Below are positions 1 through 13,286 of a stretch of 64,000 nt of DNA, one piece after another; the stretch's first letter is position 1, and each line of letters begins with the position of its first letter. The translations under genes and the position numbers were made by a program. Origin of the DNA: Dicyema japonicum (taxonomy: Eukaryota; Animalia; Dicyemida); assembly GCA_011109175.1 (NCBI GenBank), contig RDEW01000006.1, forward strand, positions 595,232-659,231. The letters run 5' to 3'. The notes beneath the pieces are model-generated. The model ran no database searches. It was not told the origin of the DNA and saw only the letters and a list, made by a program, of their open reading frames with translations.

Positions 1-250
1 CACAGATTGGCGTTCTTTGGGCATGTTGTCCGCTCTGATTCACTGGAAAGAACCATTATGCTGAGCAATATTACTGGGAAGAGAAGACCTGGCCGACCAA
101 GGACTCGGTGGGTATCCACGGTGGAAGACGTCACGGGAATGCATATATCAAGGCTACTCCAAATTGCAACGGATCGGGGAGAGTGGAGGAAACTCGTTCA
201 TGAGATCTCCAAGGGTCGGACACGACTAAATTGGACAACATAACATAACA
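1..250 (+). mobile_element. 3' end of an RTE-clade LINE (C-terminus of RT ORF plus TAACA-type tail), truncated by the window edge
   Basis: FFGHVVR...GKRRPGRPRTRW...DRGEWR is the typical RTE/BovB C-terminus; the stop is followed by taacataaca. Confidence 0.85.
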
Positions 251-1371
251 TTATTTTATGAAAACATGTACAAGTTAAGCGACTATAGACTGCGCAATTA
301 CTTGGCTAGGTGATCGCCCGAAAATTAATTGTTTACAATTTTTATTTTATTTAGATAAAACTCCATATCATCATTAAACTGAATCACCAGTTTCTTGTTT
401 ACTATCTTTAATTTCCCATAGAAGACTCTTCAGAAAGAACATCATACTTATTTTTTTATTTTCATTGCGTTTGATTGATTCCTGATGTAATTCAATCATC
501 ATCGCTGTGTCATTATTATTTTGTCTCTCAGAGTTGTAACATCGACTAAACGGTGGGTGATAATTTTTATGGAGCCGTACATTCTACGCAAATGCGAACA
601 ACTGGATTCTATCTGTATTTTTACTCACTAAATTCTACTCCAACACGTAACCATTTTGTCGAATAATTTAATTTGACTTAACAAATTTCTGTCCTGAAGC
701 CAGTAATAGATCAGATCTCGGGGTCTTGTATCTTCAATAACTTTATTTTTCATTCCATTACCCTCGATCTGATTCCATGATAGTTTTTATATTAATCCAA
801 GCATTTTGTATCCTTTATAGAGGCACTGAAGATTTGTAAACAAATCTTAAAACCCATAAGCAGTCACATCTTGGAATTTTTTCCTCAGTAAAATTCTTTG
901 ATGCCAGATAAATAGTAAGCAATGGTGGCTTATGAGTGAAGTCAATTCCCGAAAATGTATTTTTATTAAACTTTCAGTGCAACAGCTATCGTGAATGGAG
1001 GCATATTTCTTGATTTCTTATCAACGATCAAATAACTCCTAAGAAGAAAAGCTATTTGGTTCATAGAATTTATGAGGTTTCCTCTCCACCACTTGAAAAC
1101 CAACCCCTCTTAATACCGCGTATTTTTTCCTTAAAGGATTCGACTCTCACTCAGGCCGAACTAGAGTGAATGTCTCTCACCGTATGATTGTAAAAGGAGA
1201 AGCCATCTGGCGTCCCAGGGCCGATATTTCCCACCTTTCCAGAGAAGAGTTGTCGCATGGAATCCTTCGTTTGTACTGCAGGTCCTAGTGGCCGGAGGCA
1301 TTATATAACTAGGAAACTTAGTATTCTGCCCAAAAGACAATAATTAAGATTAAAAATGTAAACAATTTAAT

Positions 1372-2314
1372 TTAATTAAAATCAAAAAAATCATATAATT
1401 CTTTTTTTGCCCTATCAAATAACAAAATATTTACTTTTCCTTCTCCATTCCAGTCTGAAAGTACGATTCCCTAACAGAGTGACTTTGTTGTGTCCGTCTA
1501 AATCCATAAATTAGGCGAGTACCCCAACTGAATCTCATTATTGACCTTTGTTTGATCAAATTTGGGCTTGACCGAGGAAGGTTTCTCCGAAAAAACCACA
1601 GATTTAATTTCCCTGGCGACTGTTTCTGGTTTCTCAGCCACGTGGGTCTTGCATAACTTCTCTTTGGCGCCCTTTTCTCGCTGATCAGCCAGTTTCTGAA
1701 GTTCTTTGAAGTCTTTCTTCACTCTTTGGGCACCCAAACCCTTCCTAGTCGGTTTTGGTTTCTCAGAATCTCCCGGGTTCATCGAAGGCGCCAAATTACA
1801 ACCAAATTGTAGAGGCCCGACCGCCGTATTACCGTCTCGTGAGTTGATTTGATCAGACAGCTGAAAATAATACAAAGATAACTTTTTTTCCGTAGTTTTT
1901 GACACTCTGAAGAAGATTTTCACGGTACATTGTCGCTGCCTTGGTTTTATACTTCTCTGTGCAGAACAGGGAATCAACGTTGAACTTGCTGAAGAAGTTT
2001 TTCTAAGGTAAAACGGGAAAAATACGGCGTTGGTGTTTCCACCACATTGCATAGCGTGTAGTTGGTCCCAGTCCCAATTGTTGTCCAGTTGGGTAGACTT
2101 TATGAACGAGAAGTGAACGCCCAGGGAACGGTGGAGGGAAGCACAGTCTATGCAGATGAATATACCGTATGTTATGCTACCCCATGAGGAGTTTGCGGAT
2201 CCACAGTCAAAGCATGTCTAAATTATAGTCACGTGCTACTTTATTTCCGACTAGGTTTAGTAAATCGTTAAAAACTGACGCAATTTCATCCTTGGTTGGG
2301 TTACTGGAAGACAT
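1372..2314 (-). CDS. ARFGAP2/3: ADP-ribosylation factor GTPase-activating protein 2/3 (Glo3-like), short form, multi-exon
   Basis: Spliced: [25 protein letters not shown]|[45 protein letters not shown]...MQCGGN (ArfGAP zinc finger) and later KGLGAQRV; GT-AG introns at 2218-2239 (22 nt), 2003-2025 (23 nt) and further 22-25 nt introns. Confidence 0.9.
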
Positions 2315-2849
2315 ATGGACACGTCACAAAACCAGTTTTAATTATTTTTTAATTTTAGTACATTTTGAAATTTATACTGTTTTTTAATTATATTAATTAT
2401 TATTCTTAAATAATCATCAAAGAAAATTTAATCTTATTGAATAGATTGATAACCCCGCTTTAGCTAAGCTGCCAGCCATTATGAATTACGCTGTCAAGTC
2501 AGATCGCCTCCAGAGATCCACTATTTTCACCTAAAGTTCTGGTGGTGCAGGGTAAGCAAAGAGATATTGAACTTCATTTTCATATACATATGGAGGTTGC
2601 GAGTCCTACTTTGATAGTTTTTGAGAACAATGATTTTGAGTGTGATTTCAGATCGAGTGGTTAGGGTCAAGTGATTGTTAGAAATATTGCGAACTCAGGA
2701 TTTCAAGTCGATCATCCAATGACAAGATCATCATCTGTAGGTAGTCAACACGGATCGATTTTAATCAGTCCGTTATAGATTTCACGACTGACTTTCTCAT
2801 CTGCACTAGTTTTTTTTATAAGGATGAATGATATGCATGAGTCCCAGCT

Positions 2850-3200
2850 TGAAAAGGCATAATTAGGCATCGTCCTGATGAATTGCTGTATCGGAGGGCG
2901 AGAAACTTTCTAGGTTGTACTTCTGAGTGACCTGTGTCCGCATGAAGAATATTGAAAGGAAGGATAATCTAGGATTTTTATGAAGTTTTTTAGGTTGCTT
3001 GATGAGGATTGAAACACCCAGTCAAAAGTCATCCAGTCAAGGTCTGAATAAATTGTGTAAAAGTAGAGATGATTGGATCATAATAGTTTTTTTAATTTTA
3101 TTACCCCCAGAAATTAACGACTACCAACAATATCCAATTCCCACGCTCTCATTCGCAAAAATCAAGTCTTCTATGCACAAGGGTACAAACCCCACCAAAG
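2850..3200 (-). mobile_element. decayed RT C-terminal fragment of the Jockey/I-like LINE family
   Basis: Broken frames include QQFIRTMPNYAFSSW, resembling YKQFIRPTMTYASPSW of the 39950-42598 element. Confidence 0.45.
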
Positions 3201-3350
3201 AATGATCGAGGAGTCATCCTGAGATCACCATGGTAATTGAACGAGGAGAGGAACAAAGAATAGGAAAAAAACATTCAAGCAAGTAGCTAGTGGAGGTCTG
3301 AACCCATGATCACTCTAATGGGTATGAGATCCTAACCAGTAGGCTAGTTT

Positions 3351-3392
3351 ATTTACCCCCGTTCTCTTGAAGTGAAGGAATCTGGTGGCGCC
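3351..3392 (+). repeat. Family B repeat head
   Basis: atttacccccgttctcttgaagtgaaggaatctggtggc matches the copies at 45603 and 49541. Confidence 0.65.
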
Positions 3393-3708
3393 ACTATGCC
3401 ATTCAACCATAGATAGAGGCCCCACAAAGGCCATACGTGTAATGAAAGTGACTATCGCAATTTTTTGTGTTTGCTAAAGTGGATTATGATATTATTCCCC
3501 CTTAGTTTCACCGCATCTTCCTTGTTTCTTTCTTAGAGAATTCGCTAATGGACTTTCATGGCTGATTAATCATTTAAACGCTATAAATAAATAAAATCAT
3601 TCCAAAGACTAAAGTAAACCAAAACTAAATAACTCCTTGATCCTGACGCCCAGCGATTTCAGAACTCGTCTCCAGGTAACGAAATTGTCACCTGGTGGAA
3701 AGAATAGT

Positions 3709-3772
3709 TGGATCCTTTTGAATATCGGCCAGGTGTTGGACGTCTCCTTAGTAAGGTAGAACCAATGACGTC
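3709..3772 (-). repeat. Family A repeat core (HDV-like fold candidate); the element spans about 3600-3840
   Basis: Similar to the 30782-30843 copy, including about 110 bp of flank. Confidence 0.75.
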
Positions 3773-4084
3773 ATCAGAGAGAAGGAAGATAAATTTTAAC
3801 CAATTAGCCACATAGCATCACGTGGCGCCACGCGGCTTTCCCAAAATATAATTTTTGATCATATTTAACAAAGGCTATAAAATGGGTTTAATTTTTTGTG
3901 TGATTCCAACAAATTTAATCCAGACTCTCAGCTTGACTCGATGTTCCCTCTATCTAACACATGGTTGTTGGAGTCGGGTTGTCTTCTGATCACGTTGGAT
4001 TAGGCCTCTTCTGTTATTCCTTCTGATTGGGATCTCCAAGGGTGTTGGCATCATATTTTTTTGCTTGAAAGGGAGAGCCTAGAA

Positions 4085-4175
4085 TAACACGATGGCTCAG
4101 AACATTGGATTTGCGATCATGAGGTTAACTCCCATTACGTGCTCAATGCCTGCAGGCCATAATGGAGTCCTTGTA
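4085..4175 (+). mobile_element. 3' fragment of a CRE-like retrotransposon
   Basis: DNA similarity to 6400-6490 (aactcccatt..tgctcaatgc..gcaggcca). Confidence 0.5.
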
Positions 4176-4527
4176 CTAAATTGACTTTTAACTAATCAAT
4201 TGTCAAAATATTTAATGAACTGTTAAATAAAAAACAAAAATTTATTAACAATAAAATAACTAATCCAATTTAAGATTTTTCTCCGTTTGGAAAAATATCA
4301 TCAAACTGAAAAAACTGCAAAAATTCTTGAGAATTTATTTTTGCCATTTTGCCTTGGAAATTATTACTTTTTTCTCACACCTTGACACAATATTTTGACA
4401 AATTTATTAACCTTTTTGGCAAATAAATAAGAAAACGTTCGTAAAATAAAATAATTATTTATATAATTGAGAAGTAAAAAAATATTAATTAAAAAATTCA
4501 AATTAAAAAATCTTAGTATCATAACAC

Positions 4528-5074
4528 ATGGTGGATTCTTCGCTTAATCGTATACCACCAAGAGTTTTTGAAAGTGAAAATTCTGTCGTAAAACCGTGGA
4601 ATCTATTCTTTTCAATCTCCAACATCACCCTGCCTCCATTTTCACTGCGTTCTCTCTTTATAAGAATGAAAAACAACTTCAACGACTTTCAAGGTAATTA
4701 CGGGGTCGTCTGCTTCGTCTCCGCGGCACTTTCAATGTTTACTTTTATCTATATCCCCAGAATCTATCAACCTCCTCTGCTTATTGCCGTCACCGTTTAT
4801 TTGATTCTCTGTTACTACTTTTGTATTCTTATAAAGACCAGGATAATCAAGTTTTTCCCACGTGATTTAGTTTTAATTAATTTTAGCCAATATTTCGTAC
4901 TATTGGGCTTATTTTGTTTTGGCTTTACTTTACTTACCCGTGTTTCTTTACGTTGGAGTGGATGAGGTGTTCTTCATTTATCTGGTCTTTACGGCATTGG
5001 CTGTGTGCATTCATTCAATGATATACAAGAATTTTAATGTCTCCAGACATCTTATTGATATTGATATTATTTGA
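4528..5074 (+). CDS. RABAC1: PRA1 family protein (prenylated Rab acceptor, RABAC1-like), multi-exon
   Basis: KPWNLFF...RMKNNFNDFQGNY followed by hydrophobic segments; removing intron 4862-4886 (25 nt) restores SYYWAYF...FLYVGVDEVFFIYLVFTALAVCIHS and a stop at 5072-5074. Confidence 0.75.
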
Positions 5075-5189
5075 TTTTTTTATTTCACATAATAATTTTG
5101 TTTTTTAAATAAATTAAAAAACGAGGTATTTCATAGTCACAAGTAAAAGTAATTATTTTATAACGACCGTCTAAGTCAATCTTCTCTTC

Positions 5190-5480
5190 TTAGGCCCAAC
5201 CTCTATTGCCTGTATAGGTGTTCACGTCGCTGCACACCCCACATTCATAGACTATAATAGGTTTACATTCCATACCGTCTTCCTCATCAACAGGCATCGA
5301 TACTCCATGCCTCTCCTCAGCTTGTATACTCTTTAAAGTCTTCCATAACACTAGCGTTTGTATATAATCTTTGACCCTTTTCTCCATCTTGAGGGCATCC
5401 AGGTGGTCCCTGAAGAATCTCGAGGCAATTTCATTCCAGGTGATGACCACAGGGATTATCTTTGCGATGAATAATCTCAA
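5190..5480 (-). CDS. hypothetical protein (part of a small multi-exon gene)
   Basis: 96-aa open frame with coding-like composition and a candidate 24-nt intron gtatggaatgtaaacctattatag; family not recognised. Confidence 0.4.
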   Translation of the reverse strand: MRLFIAKIIPVVITWNEIASRFFRDHLDALKMEKRVKDYIQTLVLWKTLKSIQAEERHGVSMPVDEEDGMECKPIIVYECGVCSDVNTYTGNRGWA

Positions 5481-5769
5481 GTTCGTTCAAGTAGGTCATA
5501 CTTGTGGAACTTTACCTCGACCTGGTTGAGACAGTTTTGCGAAGTAATCCAAATTTCAACAAGAGTAATCGTATTATTTATCTTATCATATAATCGTCAC
5601 TGAAATAGAATTTTTGAATCTGCCTCACTGAGTCTTCTATGTGAAATAGGTTCAGCCTTCTTAATTAATTCATATAACACCAAATTGACAAATGTTGCTT
5701 ACGCTAACGTAATTATGCGCTAAGCGCAATGTTGACTAAATATTATTTTATTTATTAGAAAGCGGGATC

Positions 5770-6500
5770 TCGCACGGCAGATAAAGCGATGGTCGGGAAA
5801 ATCCGAACGCAAAGATAACTGCTAGTTCACTCATATTGCGATGGAGACTTCCGGGGTCGTGGAAAAGAAGACGGACGCATTTCTCTCCAGCATTGGTCGA
5901 AGGCTTGCTTCGAAAGGATGCGAGTCCCGCGAAGGACTCTGATTGAGACAGACTCGAAATGACGGTGATCAGAGGAAACTTTACGGCTTGGTGTTCAAAA
6001 AAACTTTACCTCTCAAAAGGACTGGGACGAAATCCTTTTTTAAAAAAAGCTAAATGAATTAAAAAAAGCTAATGAAAACTTCGGGTTTACTTGCCTTCAG
6101 TCTTGATAGAAGTGATGGCAAAAGGCCAGGTGGGTAACAACCATGCCATGAAACGGAGGGAAGTGTCTTACTTAGGATTCAACGTGCACGGACACTCTCT
6201 CTAATTGGAAATTGCTTAAGTCATCGTTGCACGCAGCGAACGCTGCTGAATATATGAAAAGGAAGAAGTACCACGTCATCGTGGACCGGTTCGTTTTTCA
6301 GCCTATTTTCGTTGAGACGTCTTGCGTTATTAGCTCGAGCACGTCTGATTTTATCAGGTTAATCGGACGGCTTGAAGGAAGCGGATGTGCGAACATAGAA
6401 TGACGCGATGGCTTTGCCAGAACATTGTGCTCGTGAGTATGAGATGTAACTCCCATTGCATGCTCAATGCTTGCAGGCCAGATTGGAGACCTGTCATGAT
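5770..6500 (+). mobile_element. two decayed 3' fragments of CRE-like RLE retrotransposons (about 5770-5960 and 6215-6500)
   Basis: FTHIAMETSGVVEKKTDAFLSSIGRRL and AAEYMKRKKY...FQPIFVETS...FIRLIGRL resemble the C-terminus of the 34808-36465 element. Confidence 0.7.
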
Positions 6501-6556
6501 CTTACTTTATGTTAATAAATTGTTGTTATACATCTTAAAAAGCCCTCTCTTAATAG

Positions 6557-6808
6557 CTACCTCATCCTTCCAGGTGTTTCTCTGGGTAACCGACGCATTT
6601 TCTGTATACCCGTTTTTGGACGGTTTTGGATGAATGAGGCAACAGACTTCTTCACGAGGACTTGGAATGGGGTTTCCTTTGTCATAACCCTACAAGTCTT
6701 GACGACTCTGTATTGGATAGAATTAATTTTCTCAAAGTATGCTCTGGCTAGGTTTCTCCAAACGACACAACCATAACTAATGGTTGGATCTATGTATTGG
6801 ATACACAA
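6557..6808 (-). mobile_element. post-RT fragment of an APE-type LINE
   Basis: YIDPTISYGCVVW...KINSIQYRVVK is a typical LINE thumb-region motif. Confidence 0.6.
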
Positions 6809-6899
6809 AGGACTTTACGATGATCTTTCAAATATAGATAACATTTTTTAAAAGTTCAATTTTCGTGCTGACAAAACAAAGATATAAAAAATATTTATT

Positions 6900-9800
6900 T
6901 AAAACTACAAAAATAGTAATCAAGATAACTAAGATTTAACAATCAAGTTGACCATCGACAGACAGCTATTCAATCGATGTTGGTACTTGTTCGCCCTTAT
7001 AAATAGATGATTCTAGAATAATCCAAATCAATACATTAGTTTTCTCAGGCAGAATATGACTCATCAAATCAGGCAAAACCAGCTTCCCACCATTCAAAGC
7101 AACCAACACAGCCACCCCCAATGATAATTCCATCACAAAATTCTAGGTTACTCATCAAAACTAACTCTTCGCCAGTCTCTAAGAAATTACAGAGAAGGCT
7201 TAAAGTCTCCCAAACTTTCATAAACGAACCAATCTCCCTAAATCTCATAGTAACAAAGTACATTCCGCATTTATCAGACCAACAATACTCCCTCATTTCT
7301 TCCATCATCCTAGCACAGAGCCTCACATTATTTCCTTCGACCAATTCACCCAACCACTTCACTCAAACCAGCAAAATATACATTTGGAGGGAAATTTTGT
7401 TCTTTCTCAGTAGTTAGGGTAGATATCAGATGACTTTGAACAACAGTGTTGAATTTCTAAGATAAAATTAATCCACAAACCATGGAACTCTCATACAATA
7501 GTAGCAATGCCAGACAATTACCGACCCTCTTCAAAGCTGACAAAAATTCCCGCCATAAATTTGAATTTTCAAAGATCGACTTGTAGTTGTTTTCTAGAAG
7601 TGACGAAATACCTGACACTAAAAATCAAAGTAACCCCAGCCGACAAGCCTTTTATTTTATCATTAATATCAAAAGAATAGGAAGTGTTCTGGATCTTTCT
7701 ACACAGAGAAAACACGTTATCCAGCTAAATAAATTACCACCAATAACCCAGTCAGATACAAACACGATCAAATCCGTTGAAAGAAAGTAAGAGAATTCAG
7801 GACCCAAAAATCTGAGGATAATTTTAAAGTGCTCTACAGATACGAAGTCCTCCTGTTCCCGAAAAATATAGGAAAACAAAAAACTAAAAGTCTATCATAA
7901 CTATAAGAGCAACCTTGTTTCCCCAAAAGTGACACGACTTGGTGATTTTATATCTGCTTTTATCAGAATGCCTCTTCATAAATCTACAATACACATGTAA
8001 CTCATACCGTAGACAATCCAGGTCAAACTTATAGTGGGGATGATCTCATCCACGACTTCAGCACACAAATGAGCTAATACGGATGAAATGGCATTCGAAG
8101 ACATCACCTCAAACGAAATCAAAGCGAAATGCTTGCAAAGCTTTGAATGAGCCAGCTGATTCAAAAGGAGCAGAGTGTGAAATTCCTGCATATTGACAGC
8201 CATTACATTAATCTGAGTTAAACTCCCACTCTGAAAACGGAGGACAATCTCCTCTAAGCTCTTGGCGAACAATTGGTTGAATCTGGAGTTCATTAATTGT
8301 GCCAGATTAACGTCTCTTTCAATCAGCTAAAAGTAACATGACAGAGGACCCTCAAGTTCTTAATATTCCCAAGGAAACCGGATTCCTCAGTGTTGGGAGG
8401 GATAATTGAACAGGCATCCAAGATGGAGTTACGAAATGTCTTATTTAGGTAGGCACTACAATAACACGTGACCAAACTAAGAACTCCAATCTTTGTAGTT
8501 CATATAAATATCCTCAGAAAGACGGAACACCATTAGACTAAGAGCAGTTTCTGCCTGAAACACTCAAATTAAAAACCTCAGTCTCAAACTCGAGGAACAA
8601 CTGCTGCTTGTTAAATCTAAGGAGAGAATCCCCACATACGTCGTTATAAATATCAATCAAGTGAACAGGCGCACTAAACAGTTAGGGAAATGGTACTCAA
8701 TGTGCGTTTTACTGGCGAGGACATGATCAATCATGATCCACACTAGGGAACTCCCCAATGCAATATGTGTGTCCTGACCAACTGAAAGTTGATATTCCCG
8801 AAGAAGGAGGTTGGAGTAGTTACAGCATGTTGACAGAGTGGCTGTTTAACCATGAAAAACTACCTTTCAGGTCAATCAGGTCACCCCAACACTGCATTTC
8901 ATGGAGTAGGTCAGAAAAGTTGGTGAAATCCGGCATTTGTTTGCGGAGGAGACGCCTAAACTCCTTCCTGTCGACTAGCTCCCTGTACATGATCAACAGA
9001 AAATGGATTTGCGTAGTCGATGGGTGAACTTTCCTTCCGTAGTCCACGGATAAATCTTGACAAATGTCCACCAATGAAGAAGCAGTGCTAAATATCAAGC
9101 AAAAGTCAACTTTTTGATGGCGGAAGGGCAGGACCGCTTACGGGAGATAATTTTATCTACAGCGGCACAGATTAACTGAGTGATGTGGTACGTATACAAG
9201 GAGACGGCCTCACTCAAGATTGAGTGAAGTGAATCGATCCTCGTGTGGAGAGATTTTGATATTTTTATGATCTCCGTGAAAACGGAAAGATCACCCCCAG
9301 AGAAATTATATTTGACCGCCTAAATGTTCCAAAATGATACTTTGTCGTAAAGTGAGCTGCTGCTGTGTCCCCCGGCTGGATTTGAAAGTTTATAAGCGTA
9401 CTAATGATCAGTTTATAACATACAATGTTGTCCAGGGTGACACGGAGACGACACATGTATTGGAGACACTCTAACAATATGTGGGTGACCCTTTCGAAAT
9501 GCTCGTTCTGTTATAAATCTCCCAAACAGCCACCTTTAGGGACAGCTGAGTCAACTGCATGTGGTAGAGCTCGGCCTGAGCATTCATTTCACTTATATTC
9601 GGTAGCACGTGCTGTTTAGAGTTATTTGAAGACAGGGGCCACTTTGATTGATCAAACTTGGGGGAGGAACGAATGATGTCAAACAAACTAACCACCAAAT
9701 CCCCACAGACAGTAACGTAGAGATAATTCTACAATAATCTCCCCCAATACCGATATTATAGTATCAATCTCTTTTAGATTTAGCAGTTTCTTAGCTGGCA

Positions 9801-10749
9801 TGCCCATTTCCTCAATCAGGGACACGAGTATGGTCATAGTCTGCACTAATAAAACATGTGATACCATAACATCGTTAAATATAACGGTGGGATTCAGATA
9901 AATACCGTTGGTGAGTTTATCCACGTAAATGTTAAGCATTTGGACTAAGACAGTGACTGCATTGTCCAGTGGTAGAATAGACTGTTGCACCAGCGTCCAA
10001 ATGGAGTCACGCTCAGCCAGGAAGACCATAATATCCTTACTCTCCGCTATCAACTCCTGTACCCCCTGAGAGTCAATCAACAGTAAACATCTAAGCTAAT
10101 GCTAACAAAAACCGCTTAAATATAGAAAAATCAGTGCTGACGTAAGTATTCTTGTCTTTGAGGAAATTTAATTTGTAAATTATGCAAAGCAGGCGGCCAA
10201 TAAAGTACAAGTGCTCATTGGAGGCGGCAATGCTGGAAGTCAGGATAGAAAGTACCCAATATTAGTGAAGTTGAAGAAAATTGCTCTCAGTTCCAGTCTG
10301 AGACGATCGATCGAGTTTTTCTTAAGGATTATGGACAGAGTTACCACAAAGGCACTCAGATCTGCCAGTTTGTTGATATGCGGTTTCATAAAATCATACA
10401 TTGAGATCTGATCCTGAATATTTCCACTCCTGAGAACATCTGGGGGGAGTTTCTGAGAAAGACTCCGCCATGTGTAGAGTTTATCGCAAAAAAGTCTCCC
10501 ATCTACCAAAATGTCGCTCTTAATTTGAAAAGTCAAATATACAAGAGCAGCCTGTCGTAAGGCTTCCTCTTTGTAGAAAGAGTTCCCATAAATGAACTCT
10601 TTCGTGTCTGAGAAGCATCTATCGTGGTTCACCGAGTAAAATAGGCATTCGGACGGAACAAAGGATGGCTGGTCGTTACGAAAATTAGACTGTTCCATAG
10701 ATTCGATGGTTTCCAGCACATCCGTAATACACACCTGATCTTCAGTCAT
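6900..10749 (-). CDS. CYFIP: CYFIP/Sra-1 (WAVE regulatory complex subunit), many short introns; 3' end approximate
   Basis: KLYTWRSLSQKLP (human MLYTWRSCSRAIP), QELIAESKDIMVFLA, GIYLNPT, LEEIVLRFQSGSLTQI...HSKLCKHF, EHFKIILRFLG, MRFREIGS are colinear with CYFIP1. Confidence 0.85.
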
Positions 10750-10799
10750 TTCGCAAAAATAACAAAAAAATTTATTTCAATAAATTAAATAAAAATAAA

Positions 10800-12148
10800 T
10801 TATAAAATTTTAATAATAATTAAATCTGACATCGATGAAATAGTCGGGCAGTAAGGACACTTAACACTACAACTAAAACAGTTTAAACTTACCTTGGACC
10901 AAATGTAATTGAGAACAGTCCAGAATTAGACACAAAATGCCCACATGTCAGCCTCACGGGAGGATTCATCGCTGTACACTGCTCTTTCAACACAGAACAA
11001 ATGTATACGGAGTGGTGTAGCAAGCTCGGATGGAGTTTCAAATCAAACTATGCTCTCAGAATCAATATACTGGAAGGGCGTATCCTATATATTTCTCCTG
11101 TTGAGCAGTCTCGTATTGATGGGTGAAGTTAAGGAGTGGTTCCATCATTCTTATACCCACTTGAAGACTAAAATACCCCAAATAAATCCACATTTGCGTT
11201 AAATGGGATTTCTTTTTCCGCAGAAGGACCTGATTCGCAGATTTGCAAAACTCATTATTAATATCCCCCAAAATGTATGGTGTTATGGTGGCTTGCAACT
11301 TGGGGTCCCTTATAATCACCAAAGTCATCAATTCTCGAATATATCTAGTCAGGTCTAACAAAATAACCCAGTCGATACCACTGCTGTTCATCATGTAGTC
11401 CTTACATAAGACAAAAAACTCCGCGATCTTGTTTTGGAATAACAGTTCAGTAAATGCTAGCTTCTTTAGCGTAATATGGAATTCGGAGTAGAAGTTATGC
11501 CGATATTTCGAATTCTCATCTATCCATCTAAGGATTACGCAATATTTGTCACGCAATCAGCATCCCGACATCTCGGTTGAGCAAATGATCACTTATCTCG
11601 TTCACTTGCTTGTATTGCTTGATCAGATTTTCGCGAAGGTCGATTTCAAACTCCTTAGCCTTAATAACATATACTACTTTAGCCAAAGTCTGAGCCAAAT
11701 CAGACTTGCCGCACAGTAGAAAATGATTGACAAGTAAACGATTAACTTTTTCACGTGCTCTACCTTCTACCAGCTTACCCGAACATACTCTCTCAAGCTT
11801 GGAGGGAAATGTCAAAATTTTAAATAAAATTACCTTTTTATTGTTTTTGAGGCATTTGCTTAACATATTAAAAGAATCCTTGTGCTTTCTCGTAATCTCC
11901 TGCACTGACTCTGCGAGTGGACGCAGAGATGACTTGATATCATCAATCATCTGAGGGCCCACGTTTTCAATGCCAATCTGAGACTCTGTGGTCAGATTAT
12001 GGAATTTACTTTGCTTAAGAAACTCAAGGATGGTGGATAGCTTATTTGAAAGCTGAGAATAGGATTCGAGAAACTTACCGTTTGTGTTCTCTAAGTGACT
12101 CTTAGATAATTTTATTTGTCGAATAATATTTTTAACCTCAGAGCTCAT
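10800..12148 (-). CDS. RMND5: RMND5/GID2 E3 ligase subunit of the CTLH/GID complex, multi-exon
   Basis: LisH-like VNRLLVNHFLLCGKSDLAQTL, CTLH region, C-terminal HSVYICSVLKEQCTAMNPPVRLTCGH...|VKCPYCP; last intron 26 nt; stop only about 50 bp before the CYFIP ATG. Confidence 0.88.
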
Positions 12149-12260
12149 GACTATTACCTATAAATTACTTAATAATTCAAATTTTCACTTTTATTTATTT
12201 TCAAACATATTTTTCGATTTATTAAGTTAATTTTTAAATAATTTTGAATAATTTTAAAAA

Positions 12261-12600
12261 TTAATTAATAAAAGTCAATCTAAAATAATAAATTAATATT
12301 ATAAAGACCTTATCTGGAATATGGAAAGTCGGTACCCACCCAGTACTGAAGAACATATACAAGCAGTACATCGAGCCATGTATTTCATATACATCCGTTT
12401 CGTGGGGACCCTTCATCTCATATACCATTAAAAGAAAAGTGGGGGAAATGCAGAAGAGGGAGTTCAGAATTACGGAGCGACTCTTCTTTAAGTCCTCATG
12501 TGGCAAGATTCTGTGATGACTCAAAGCACCTCTGCTAACAGTCGCTCAATACTTACATGTGTGGGATCGAGAGAGGAACATCGGGCAAAGATGAAGACTT
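12261..12600 (-). CDS. hypothetical small multi-exon gene
   Basis: Open frame plus a candidate 22-nt intron gtaagtattgagcgactgttag; no family recognised. Confidence 0.3.
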
Positions 12601-12959
12601 TATTTGAACATATCGGGATCACGTGATAGTTAGTTTCGATTTTTAACCGTGGTCTTGGGGTGTTTAAATAAATAAATAACCAACAAATAATTAATAATTA
12701 ATTAACAAATCCATCCAAAGTGGACCCCGCCGACATTATCGACGTTGCGTTGTTTCTCGATTGCAACAGAGATAAACTGGAGAAACCACCGGGTCTCACG
12801 TGGGTCGTGGCTTTTTAGTGTAACTAGGAGTCCAAGTTTCTTTAGGAAGCTAAAAATTAATTAAAAAATAAATTAAAAATAAATCTGAGAACGGTATCTG
12901 TCGCTTTTCCCAGAGCCACTACCATGCAAACTATCTGGTAGTTGCTTCAGGAGCGGAGT

Positions 12960-13280
12960 TGTATTAGATGTCATTCAAGTTGTGAGAGGATAATACACTG
13001 GAACAGATCTTTATTAGACTATCCTTTTCATATTCGAGACGTTTTACACTCTCCAGTGATATACTCCACCTCCAGGGTCGTGTATTCCTAATCTATAGAG
13101 ATTATGTGATTGAAAGCCCTCATTTGTGGTGATTTGAACGTCAGACATCCCAATTGGTTACCGCCTAACCAATTGATAGTCGGGAGAGATAAAATTGTCG
13201 ACTCTAGACCATATGGTTATTCTCAGCAGCTTATACTAGGAGCCCAATTCAAAGAATAGACTTTCCACTTCCCCGAATCT
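12960..13280 (+). mobile_element. decayed APE endonuclease fragment of the Jockey/I-like LINE family
   Basis: LICGDLNVRHPNW resembles IICGDFNAKHPLW at about 40300. Confidence 0.6.
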
Positions 13281-13286
13281 GTCGTT

